From the NCBI GenBank assembly GCA_965219505.1, contig OZ244775.1:2077418-2141417 (forward strand): DNA of 64,000 nt. The letters are read 5' to 3'. Positions 8,738-17,591 of this stretch are shown here, one piece after another. A program made the position numbers and the translations under genes. Each line of letters begins with the position of its first letter. Position 1 is the first letter of the stretch. This DNA is from Chloroflexota bacterium (GTDB lineage: Bacteria > Chloroflexota > UBA11872 > VXOZ01). The notes under the pieces were generated by a model, which had not been told where the DNA came from, did not search any database, and saw only the letters and a list, made by a program, of their open reading frames with translations.

Positions 8738-10844
8738 CCTCCCAGATGAAGCGGATCACCCGCGACGACATGAAGTAACTAAGAGCTGAAATACCAAAGA
8801 TTGCGACCATCCCCATAACATTCAGGAAGCTCACACCTGCAGCCCGCTTGAACTCAAAGTCGTGCACAACCTTGACTTGCAGATAGATGAGCGCTCCCAT
8901 CCACCAATACATCAAGCCCTGGGCGAAGCCATATAGCGCACTCTCATCCGTGGTGAGCACGTTCGACACCAGCGCCAATGGCAAAGCGATAATGATGTAC
9001 GGTTGCAAACAGTATGCAGTCGTAGCTGCCACTACTTTCGGCGATCCTTCACCGTAGAAAATCGCACTCACGCCGTAATTCGCGATTACCCAGACCAAGA
9101 AGGGCACAAGAATTCGCGAGACCTCAAGGACAAAGTTGATATCCTCGGGATCAATGCTGGAGTAATGAAAGCTCACAGTGTTAAGCGTAAGCATTCGAAC
9201 TATGATAGCAAGACCCAGAAGAGTCCACACCGTCCACCATGTAGAGTCTTCACGTAGAGCCCAGAAGGTCTCCATTGGGTCGCGCAAGACCCCAACCGCC
9301 TGACGGTAGACCTTGTACCAAGTACTCTCCTGCTTGAGGATGCCCCGCTGGAAGCCATACGCAAAGATACGACGCGTGCCTCGCGGAATTACGATGATGG
9401 CGCCGATCCCCAAGAAGACGTAAAGCATGAAGAGTCCGAAATTCGCACGCATCCATAAGTAACGCGCTTCTGAGTAAGACTTTGCGTATTCATCCTTATC
9501 GTAGCCTCTGAAGTACTCGACCATCGCGTCTTGGTAGCGCTCTTGGCGGTATAGGGCCTTGCCAAGGGCGCTATGCGCGAGGTACATGTTCGCATCGAGC
9601 TTGAGGACTTGCTGCCATAGGTTGGCGGCCTCGTCGTATCGGCCGTCCCAATAGAACTTGCTCGCAGAGTGGACCAATCTGGCAAAGAGCGTGGGCCGGT
9701 ACACCTGAATGTTGTTGCGAATGGCATCCAGGATATATAGGGACCCTTCCGCATCCGTCACCACACTCGTGGGGTATCCAAGCTGTCCCTGCTGCACCCC
9801 ACGACCGCCAAATGCCAGCAAGGGCTCACCATCCTGGTCGTATTGATAAACCTTTGCTGAGTTGGCATCAACGACGGTGATGATTCCCGATTCATTGACG
9901 TTCACATCGGAGAAGCGTGGGAATTGGGTTCGCCTACCGGCTCCTTGACGCTCGCCGTAAAACTTCAGCGAGTCCTCCTTGAAAAATCGCATGTAAACGG
10001 CTACAGACGTCGAGTGCGGATAGACATTCACACCCACCGGACTCAGCTTCTGAAGCTGGTCCTTAACCGCTGTCGCCACGACCGTGTAGAGGAAACCGTC
10101 TTCGGAGAGGAACAAATTAGAATGCGGTGTGGGCTGTGGCAGGAAAATCTTCCGGCGTTGGTCCTGCGTTGCAAACATACTCACAATCAGTCTGCGCAGA
10201 CTGAAATCCAGTCGTGTAGCCCCAAAGAAGCCACGGAAGTTACCCTGTCCATCGAGCACGATGATGCCAAGATTGCTCCCAGCCTCCAAAGTGTAGATGC
10301 GCCCACTCCGGTCCACCACCAGCTTACTTGGCGCGAACGTATGGTCGATGGGGATTAGTGTTGTTGCGGGCTTGAAGAACTCATCAATGAAGTTGCCTTC
10401 CGGGTCCAGACGGAGGATGCGGTTGTTACCCGTATCCGCTACGAATATATTTCCGTCGGGATCAACATAGACTCCTTCAGGCTTACTCAGATTGCTGACT
10501 TCCATGAGATACTCGCCTTCCTGAGAGAACTTGAGTATCCGGTCGTTGCCTGTGTCAGCCAGCCATAGGTTTTCCTCGTGGTCGAGGAATAGGTCCGATG
10601 GCTCCTTGAAGGCGCCAGTCGGCAAGTGAATGCCGTTGATTTCTTTCTCAAAGATGTAGGGCAGTGGCGACGGTACCCGCTGCCGGCGGGGATCAATCGT
10701 ATAAGACAACTTTGGATCAAGCTCCAAAGCAGACACCGTCCCGGCAGACGTCAGGATTAGCCAAACAGCCGCTAGCCCTGCCAGCACTGCCTTTATTCTT
10801 GACCCTCTATGTCCAAACATTTTTGCCATTCCCTTACCCGCCAT
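8712..10844 (-). CDS. NHL-repeat beta-propeller + TPR + C-terminal Yip1-type membrane domain fusion protein
   Basis: It has a signal peptide and six NHL-like blades, e.g. LWLADTGNDRILKF, IFVADTGNNRILRL, IITVVDANSAKVYQY, LYILDAIRNNIQVY. A TPR-like segment follows (YDEAANLWQQVLKLDANMYLAHSALGKALYRQERYQDAMVEY). The last roughly 240 aa contain about 5 TM helices. Confidence 0.8.
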   Translation of the reverse strand: MAGKGMAKMFGHRGSRIKAVLAGLAAVWLILTSAGTVSALELDPKLSYTIDPRRQRVPSPLPYIFEKEINGIHLPTGAFKEPSDLFLDHEENLWLADTGNDRILKFSQEGEYLMEVSNLSKPEGVYVDPDGNIFVADTGNNRILRLDPEGNFIDEFFKPATTLIPIDHTFAPSKLVVDRSGRIYTLEAGSNLGIIVLDGQGNFRGFFGATRLDFSLRRLIVSMFATQDQRRKIFLPQPTPHSNLFLSEDGFLYTVVATAVKDQLQKLSPVGVNVYPHSTSVAVYMRFFKEDSLKFYGERQGAGRRTQFPRFSDVNVNESGIITVVDANSAKVYQYDQDGEPLLAFGGRGVQQGQLGYPTSVVTDAEGSLYILDAIRNNIQVYRPTLFARLVHSASKFYWDGRYDEAANLWQQVLKLDANMYLAHSALGKALYRQERYQDAMVEYFRGYDKDEYAKSYSEARYLWMRANFGLFMLYVFLGIGAIIVIPRGTRRIFAYGFQRGILKQESTWYKVYRQAVGVLRDPMETFWALREDSTWWTVWTLLGLAIIVRMLTLNTVSFHYSSIDPEDINFVLEVSRILVPFLVWVIANYGVSAIFYGEGSPKVVAATTAYCLQPYIIIALPLALVSNVLTTDESALYGFAQGLMYWWMGALIYLQVKVVHDFEFKRAAGVSFLNVMGMVAIFGISALSYFMSSRVIRFIWEVVYEVVTR

Positions 10845-10871
10845 AGGAACAGTCCCTCTGCGCTACTAGGT

Positions 10872-11732
10872 TTATGCCTTGATTCCCGAATGTGCCATGG
10901 TGGCAATCACTCGCCGTTGCACTAACGTAAACAGTACCACTGGCGGCGTGATCATAATGAATGTCGCTGCCGCATATGCGCCCTGTCGGGCCACTGAGCC
11001 CTGGCTGATCAAAGTCTGCAAAGCGATAGGCAAGGTCCGCATCGATTCCGTCCGTGTGAACACCAGAGGCGCCCAGATATCGTTCCACGTTGCAACGAAA
11101 ATAATGATCACCAGCGTGGCCCATGCAGGAGTTACCAATGGCATAATGACACGCCAGAACACAGTCCACTCCGAAGCCCCGTCTATTTTGGCCGACTCAA
11201 TGAGTGCCGCAGGTATCTGCTCCATAAATTGCTTCATCAAGAAGAGCGCGTACGGAATGGCGAGGTTAGGGAGAACCAGCGCAAAGTAGGTATCGATGAT
11301 ACCGAGCTGGTAGACCACTAAGTACCGCGGAATCGCCGTTACTTGCGCTGTAAACATGAGCGCCGCAATGACAACCATGAACATCGCATTGCGCCCCGGA
11401 AATTCATGCTTCGCCATCGGATAGGCAGCCAGGCTCGCCAGCAACACACCGCCGATAACCGTGCAGAAGGCGACAAATACACTATTGAAAATGTACCTAA
11501 TAAACGGCACGTTGAGTGAGTATGTTGCAATCAGAAGATCCTGGAAATTCCGCAGGGTAGGATTTCGCACGATGAAGCGAGGCGGAAAGAGAAAGAGCTC
11601 ATCGATTGGCTTCAGTGCGTGTGATACCACGAAAATCAGTGGCAACGACATAAATGCAGCGAGAATAGTCAACACCGCGATGGTCGTAAACTCACCACTC
11701 GTGATCTTGAATTTGCCAACTCTAATTATCAT
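10872..11732 (-). CDS. Carbohydrate ABC transporter permease, MalG-like (pair 2)
   Basis: EAA loop IESAKIDGASEWTVFWRVIMP; polytopic membrane protein. Confidence 0.9.
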   Translation of the reverse strand: MIIRVGKFKITSGEFTTIAVLTILAAFMSLPLIFVVSHALKPIDELFLFPPRFIVRNPTLRNFQDLLIATYSLNVPFIRYIFNSVFVAFCTVIGGVLLASLAAYPMAKHEFPGRNAMFMVVIAALMFTAQVTAIPRYLVVYQLGIIDTYFALVLPNLAIPYALFLMKQFMEQIPAALIESAKIDGASEWTVFWRVIMPLVTPAWATLVIIIFVATWNDIWAPLVFTRTESMRTLPIALQTLISQGSVARQGAYAAATFIMITPPVVLFTLVQRRVIATMAHSGIKA

Positions 11733-11754
11733 TTACCGCTTCCCCTTCCTTAGG

Positions 11755-12720
11755 CTACTCATCCTTGGTGGAAAGCAGACGCAACGCGCCCTGCCCGACA
11801 CCAAAGGTAATGATGAAGAGTATCACGGCAATTGCAGCCGCATAACCCATTTCAAATCGGATAAATGCATAGTCGTAAAGGTGCGAAAGAATCATATGCG
11901 CTGCATAGAGTGGGCTGGGGAGGCCGGCCAGCGAGAGGGAAATCTCGAACCCGGCCGAAAACATCAGCACCACCGCATTGATGACGCCAAACAGCACCTG
12001 CGGTTTCATGGAAGGCAAGGTAATGTACCACATTTCCTGTAGTGGATGTGCGATGCCGTCCACTTTTCCAGCTTCGTACAATTCCGTATTCACTGTCTGC
12101 AAACCGGCAAGGAATACCAGGAAGTTATTGCCCATACTCATCCACAACATGACGAACATGATTACTGGCAACATTGTCCGCTGATCGATGAGCCACAGGA
12201 ACGGCTCCTGAATGAACCCCATGCGCATCAAGAAATAATTCATATACCCGTAACGGTCGCCGGAAAAGACAATCCGCCACACCACCGCCATGGCAATCGC
12301 GCTCGTCAGTGAGGGCGCGTAGAACGCCAAGGCGTAGATCGTGCGCACACGAATCTGGTTTATGAACCAGGCAAGAAGGAAGGAGGCTGTCAGGCTGACC
12401 GGTCCCGTAATAAACGCGAAGAAAAGCGTATTACGGATCGACAACACAAAGATGTCGTCCTCAAGGAACAGCAAGCGATAGTTGGACCAGCCTATAATCC
12501 GGGGCGGCTCTAGCATATTGAAATAGGTAAAGCTAAGCCAGATAGCCACCCCTACAGGGATAATGAGGAAGGCAAAGAAGAAGATCATGTAGGGCAGCAA
12601 GAACGCGTACGACACACCATGTTGGGCAAGGATTCGATGCAAGCCCGTCTTTGGCTCTGCAACCGCTCGCGGCTGTGTCGTTGACTCTGCGCCCGGGCCG
12701 CTACTCTTTACTTCAGCCAT
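11755..12720 (-). CDS. Sugar ABC transporter permease, MalF-like (pair 2)
   Basis: EAA loop YEAGKVDGIAHPLQEMWYITLPSMKP. Its ATG shares one base with the upstream TAA stop (TAATG at 12720). Confidence 0.9.
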   Translation of the reverse strand: MAEVKSSGPGAESTTQPRAVAEPKTGLHRILAQHGVSYAFLLPYMIFFFAFLIIPVGVAIWLSFTYFNMLEPPRIIGWSNYRLLFLEDDIFVLSIRNTLFFAFITGPVSLTASFLLAWFINQIRVRTIYALAFYAPSLTSAIAMAVVWRIVFSGDRYGYMNYFLMRMGFIQEPFLWLIDQRTMLPVIMFVMLWMSMGNNFLVFLAGLQTVNTELYEAGKVDGIAHPLQEMWYITLPSMKPQVLFGVINAVVLMFSAGFEISLSLAGLPSPLYAAHMILSHLYDYAFIRFEMGYAAAIAVILFIITFGVGQGALRLLSTKDE

Positions 12721-15700
12721 TATTCCAGACCCCCTTTCGTCTTACTGAGATCAACATCTAGCCCGAACTCCTCGCGCTTGCGAATGAGTTCACGGTCGAT
12801 CTGCTTGACTGCTTCTTCTAGGGCTTCACGTGCGTTCCACCCCTGAAGCACCACGCGGTTCCAAGCATTGATGATGTGACGAGGCGTAAAGTAACCGCCT
12901 AAGGTAACCGGTTGCTCCTTGAACCAACGCCACTGCTCCTGGATAGCCTCGATATCTTTCTGCGGGAAGGGAAGTTGGTTTAAGGCCTTTATGTTGGCAG
13001 TGTTCCAACGCGCCTCCGTGCCGATCAGGGCCTCGAGCTCTTCACCGAAGCGCGCTTGGGCCCGCTCGGACGTCCACCATTTCGCCCACTCCCAGGCCTT
13101 GTCTTGTTTATCTGAATTATCCATGATCACCACGGCTTGACCATAGCCGCCTGAGGTCCGGTCTACTTGTCCGTCTGGTCGGCGTTTTCCGGGAAGCGGG
13201 CGCATTTCCCAGCGGCCTTCAAGCTCCGGCGCCGCAACGGACAAGAGAACGTAGGTAAAGAAGCCGGAGACGCCAATCGGCATCTCACCTGTCCGCATAC
13301 GGTTATAGAAGTCAGCTTGCTGCGTAATCTTGTAGTTAGTATAAAGTTCCGTCCACTCGCGGAAGCCGGCCAGGGCTTCCGGCGAGTCAAGGGCGCTCAG
13401 TCCTCTATTCGTATAGAAGTCTCCGCCGTTTTGGTAGAGGAAAGGCAGGAACCCCGGCACAAGGGACTCAGCCAAACCGTAGATGCCCCCGCCCGCGGAC
13501 ACGCCAACCGGCGGGAAGAAGAAGTCCATGCCGCGCTGCTGAAGCAGCCAGATCATGTTATATAAGTCTTGCCAGGTGTCGGGCGGAGTCAGGCCCAGTT
13601 CGCTGAAAATGTCTGTGCGGTAGAACATCATCAAGAAGTCCTGCGTTTCCGGTATTGCGTAGTCTCCGCCCTCCCAACGGAAGGGCAAGAGCGCCCCTGG
13701 ACGGAATCGCGTTGCTACCTCCTGATAGTCCAAGAACTTATTCATGTTGGCAACGCCGTTGCGTATCGCAAACTCCACGGGCACGTCCGGCAGCACACCG
13801 GTCGCCACGTCTGGCGTCACGCCGCTCGCCACCGAAAGCAGCAGCACATTTACCGAGCCCGCACTAAGCTGCGCCGGCGGGAACACCTGCAGGTTTACGG
13901 CAATGCCGCTCGCCGGCGTGAAGTCATCCTCGGTCATGTCCTTCATGATCATGCCCCATTCGCGGCCGCGCGCCACCCACACCGTAATGGTGTTGTCGTC
14001 ATCGCCGTAAATCGAGCCGACGCCGTAGTAATTCCGGACGAACGAACTTAGGAAATTCATGAAGCCGGCCCAACCCTTAAGGAAGATGTTGGCTTTGCCG
14101 ACCGGCAATTCCGTCTCAGGATTGGTGATCAAGAGATAGTCCAGCCAAAGCGGGTGCTCGCGCAGGTAGAGAAGCCACTGCGAAAGCCGCCCTTGACTTG
14201 CACTAAGGTCGCTCAAGCGCCGGGACATACTTTCGGGGTCACTAGCCATGTCTTCCAATTGGAAAGCGACTTCACCCAAGACATTGGCCACGTTCGGCTT
14301 CACGCCGTTATTGACCATGGTCATGTGGCCTACTTGGTCTCTAAGCAACGTGTAATTCGTAATCAAGCGCGGCACCAAGGTCGGAATACGGGAAGTGAGA
14401 CCGAATTCCATGTAGGGGTCAGGATTGACACCCGTAATCATCGTAATCTCACGCACCATGATCGACAGGTCGGTCACGACTTTATTGATGGCACGAATAG
14501 TCTCGGCAGAGGGACCAACGGTGACCTCCATCGTGAGGGTATGCCTCCCTTTCGTGAGATAGAAGAGGTAGGGCTCACCCTCGCCTGCTCCTTCTCCAAA
14601 GGGCACAACACGCCAATCACGGTCTTTGTCCGGCGTAAACAAGAAGCTGTTGAGTTCCTGGAATGGAACCTTGCCGTCTATGAGAATACGCCGAGCAGAA
14701 GGCAAGAAGCTTGCATACGCTTGCCAGCGCCGCCAGGCAATCTTGTAGAGTCCGTCTTCCGGTACCTCGAAATCCCAAGTAGCCGCTTGCAGAGCGCGGC
14801 GCCAACGATATGAACCATAAGCATTCAGGCGCACGTAGCCGGCAGAATATGGGTCTACCATTGGACCGGACGTGTATTCCATGCGGATGGTGGCCTCAGT
14901 CCGTTCAACCGGCATCTCAGCTTGGTGACGAATCAAGGTTTCACCCGCACTCTTATAGCCCCGCTCTTCGTACATCTTCAGAACTTCCGCATACGTCGGC
15001 GGCCGCGACGGCGAAACAAGGCGCATGCTGCGGATAGCTATCGGTTCGCGCACCGTAATGATGCGAAGCACGTGCTCGCCTTCAGTCAAGTAAAAGTCAA
15101 ACGGCCAGGGATACATGCCATCGCCATCGATGATGCGCACCGTCTCCCAACGTGGATTCTCCACTTGACCGGGACGTCTGTCGTTGCCCTGGTTGTCAGT
15201 GGTCGGCAATCCCTTGTCTTGCCAGAAGCGCACAAAGACTAGTCGCCGCGCCTCCAGGAACGGAAACTCACCATCTATTTGTATACGCCGCTGGATGGAG
15301 GCACGCTTGCCAGGCAGGGGATAATACTCGAGCTCAATGTTGTAGAGACCGGTCTTGGGCACCGTAAATCTCCACTCCATCCACTCAGTCTCTTCCTGCC
15401 AGTTGATAATTTCGCCCGTCTTGCCGCCGAGCTCACTTAGGATTTCCGGTTCCTGTCCGCGGAATCGAACAATATCCGTGTGGTCGATTGGGATCTCGAT
15501 GTTCTCAATCCACTCGTAGCCGTCCTTTGCGTACTCCTCAAGCGTCTCTGCGTAGTTATCCTCTAGCTTCACTTCGATCACGCCAGTGGCGTGTGTGATA
15601 AAGGTGCCCTCTTTCTCCTCTTCTGCGTCCTCTTCCTCCGCATTGTCTTTCGGCTGGCTCTGCTGTGCATAGACTGCAGCGGACGTGGAGGTGGGAATAG

Positions 15701-15830
15701 AAATGGTCAGCAGCATCACTGCGAGACCAACATTGATCCAGACAGACCACGCACGCAGATCGCGCAACGCACTGGGCATTCTGCCTATTGCCTGAAGGCT
15801 ATTAATTGTTCTCTCCAGGATTCTCATCAA
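12720..15830 (-). CDS. Giant (1036 aa) extracellular solute-binding protein with two N-terminal CBM-like modules
   Basis: N-terminal TM/signal anchor, then an acidic linker (EEEDAEEEKEG). Two related modules follow: WRFTVPKTGLYNIELEY...RRIQIDGEFPF...FYLTEGEHVLRI and WDFEVPEDGLYKIAWRR...RRILIDGKVPF...FYLTKGRHTLTM. The C-terminal roughly 430 aa resemble a family-1 sugar-binding protein (from ITVWVARG onward). Confidence 0.8.
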   Translation of the reverse strand: MMRILERTINSLQAIGRMPSALRDLRAWSVWINVGLAVMLLTISIPTSTSAAVYAQQSQPKDNAEEEDAEEEKEGTFITHATGVIEVKLEDNYAETLEEYAKDGYEWIENIEIPIDHTDIVRFRGQEPEILSELGGKTGEIINWQEETEWMEWRFTVPKTGLYNIELEYYPLPGKRASIQRRIQIDGEFPFLEARRLVFVRFWQDKGLPTTDNQGNDRRPGQVENPRWETVRIIDGDGMYPWPFDFYLTEGEHVLRIITVREPIAIRSMRLVSPSRPPTYAEVLKMYEERGYKSAGETLIRHQAEMPVERTEATIRMEYTSGPMVDPYSAGYVRLNAYGSYRWRRALQAATWDFEVPEDGLYKIAWRRWQAYASFLPSARRILIDGKVPFQELNSFLFTPDKDRDWRVVPFGEGAGEGEPYLFYLTKGRHTLTMEVTVGPSAETIRAINKVVTDLSIMVREITMITGVNPDPYMEFGLTSRIPTLVPRLITNYTLLRDQVGHMTMVNNGVKPNVANVLGEVAFQLEDMASDPESMSRRLSDLSASQGRLSQWLLYLREHPLWLDYLLITNPETELPVGKANIFLKGWAGFMNFLSSFVRNYYGVGSIYGDDDNTITVWVARGREWGMIMKDMTEDDFTPASGIAVNLQVFPPAQLSAGSVNVLLLSVASGVTPDVATGVLPDVPVEFAIRNGVANMNKFLDYQEVATRFRPGALLPFRWEGGDYAIPETQDFLMMFYRTDIFSELGLTPPDTWQDLYNMIWLLQQRGMDFFFPPVGVSAGGGIYGLAESLVPGFLPFLYQNGGDFYTNRGLSALDSPEALAGFREWTELYTNYKITQQADFYNRMRTGEMPIGVSGFFTYVLLSVAAPELEGRWEMRPLPGKRRPDGQVDRTSGGYGQAVVIMDNSDKQDKAWEWAKWWTSERAQARFGEELEALIGTEARWNTANIKALNQLPFPQKDIEAIQEQWRWFKEQPVTLGGYFTPRHIINAWNRVVLQGWNAREALEEAVKQIDRELIRKREEFGLDVDLSKTKGGLE

Positions 15831-16026
15831 TTTCCACCTTCACGCTACGAGCGAATTACCATAAGCCACAAGGCATATAGGTTTCGATTTACGTTCCTGT
15901 CCCACCACTGTCGACCAACCCAATCACCCGACGCACCATATTACAGTGTACCCTAGCACACGATTTTCACCATCGTCAAGTAATAGAGGTTACCTAATAG
16001 CCATCACAATTGATAGTCTTCCTCAC

Positions 16027-17031
16027 TTAGTCTTTGGCGTCTAGAGCAACTCGGAATCCAATGGCATGCGCATCGTAGCTCTTTGGACTTCCCCGGCTGG
16101 CGCACCTTGAATATCGTGTGGAGTCCTGCCAGCAGCCGCCGCGCACTACGCGGTAACGACCATATTCTGCCACTTGGGCTGCAATCCCGTCACTGCCCTC
16201 GGATCCGGGATACGTTCCTATGAAAGATGCCGTCCATTCCGCGACGTTCCCGGCCATATCCAATACCCCATAGGGGCTGGTGCCGTCGGGGTAAACCCCG
16301 ACGGGCGTGGGTGCCGCTACACCACCTTCCCAAACGTTGCCACAGGTGTAGCGAAATGTATCTCCCCAAGGAAACACCCTACCGTCCGTGCCGCGCGCCG
16401 CTTTCTCCCACTCCTCCTCCGTAGGCAAACGAAATGGATTCCCTGACTCTCCTGCCAGCCAATCGCAATACCCTACCGCCTCTTCCCAACTTACATCCCT
16501 TACCGGCTGGTTCAGGATCCAGGGATCAATGGTAGTGCCATCCCAGTAACCGCGGGGCGGCGCGCCACCGGAAAGCACAAAGGAGCGGAATTCTATATTC
16601 GTTACGAGATACCTGCCAATGGAGAATGATGGGAGCTCAACCGATCGCGCCGGCGTTTCCATGAGTACCGCGCCCCGCGTGGTACGTTGGAACTTCCTTT
16701 CGTCCTCGGCGCCGGCGTTGGCCGCTTCTAGTATCTGATCTACTTCGTCACTAGAAGTGCCCATTGTGAAAGCACCACCCGGTATGCGGGCCGTCATGGG
16801 TTCTAACGTGCGAATTCTCGGGTCGCCAAGATAAGAGAGGGCTTTCCCAACCGAGACGCGCTCCGCCACACTATATTGATTGGGCGTGGCGACCATTCGC
16901 ACAAGATCAATCAGCGCAATTTGCTTCTCGCGTTCACCCAACATCAAGAGCGCGCCATGAATACGCTCCCGCACATTGCTTTGCAGGTCAGACCAGATTT
17001 CCTGGCCGAGACGTTCCTCTGCAATGGCCAC
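16027..17031 (-). CDS. HEAT-repeat + FGE/SUMF1-family domain protein
   Basis: N-terminal HEAT-like repeats (ALLMLGEREK...GKALSYLGDPR). C-terminal SUMF1 hallmarks are GNVAEWT, YRVVRGGCW and IGFRVA. The canonical FGE C-x4-C pair is not visible; the sequence reads GGCWQDSTRYSRCASR. Confidence 0.8.
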   Translation of the reverse strand: MAIAEERLGQEIWSDLQSNVRERIHGALLMLGEREKQIALIDLVRMVATPNQYSVAERVSVGKALSYLGDPRIRTLEPMTARIPGGAFTMGTSSDEVDQILEAANAGAEDERKFQRTTRGAVLMETPARSVELPSFSIGRYLVTNIEFRSFVLSGGAPPRGYWDGTTIDPWILNQPVRDVSWEEAVGYCDWLAGESGNPFRLPTEEEWEKAARGTDGRVFPWGDTFRYTCGNVWEGGVAAPTPVGVYPDGTSPYGVLDMAGNVAEWTASFIGTYPGSEGSDGIAAQVAEYGRYRVVRGGCWQDSTRYSRCASRGSPKSYDAHAIGFRVALDAKD

Positions 17032-17132
17032 GAGTAGTGTCTCCCACTTACCTAGTTAATCAATCGGGCAAGACTGTTCCACAGAAGTATACACAATAGG
17101 GCGCCAGCGCATTGCTGCGGAGTCGCCACCTC

Positions 17133-17591
17133 CTAAACTTCAGACCGCAGTCGCGCTCGCCTTCTCGTCACACCGGCGAGCACCCAACGAGCAAAGGCTA
17201 CTATCGTCAAAGCATCGTTGCGAAGATCGTTTACATTAGGCCCGGTCGAACTTTGCCCGCTCTTGCCATCTCCCGAGCCCTTCTGTCGAAGTAATACGTG
17301 CAACAACACGCCCAGAATGGCAACGCTGCCAAGCCGGCGAAATCCTGGTAGCATTCTGCCCGGAACGCGCACCGGCAACCGCCCAAAGCCGGCCTCTTGT
17401 GCCAATGCCTGGGAATACGCTACGGGCATGCTCCGACGGCGTAGGATGGTGCCTAAGAGGAGGACGTACCCGGGAATGCGGCCGCTAAGTCCTTGCAACT
17501 GCCTACGCAACGAGCGTGGCAGCACCGGTCGATTCTCAGGACGTGACTTGAAAACCTGCATCGCTTTGGCTATCCCATGCTTGGAAATCAC
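17133..17591 (-). CDS. Doubtful hypothetical small membrane protein
   Basis: This is the only ORF in a roughly 1-kb gap. It has three hydrophobic stretches separated by Arg-rich loops. No motif is recognised, and a competing plus-strand ORF looks even less protein-like. Confidence 0.3.
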   Translation of the reverse strand: MISKHGIAKAMQVFKSRPENRPVLPRSLRRQLQGLSGRIPGYVLLLGTILRRRSMPVAYSQALAQEAGFGRLPVRVPGRMLPGFRRLGSVAILGVLLHVLLRQKGSGDGKSGQSSTGPNVNDLRNDALTIVAFARWVLAGVTRRRARLRSEV

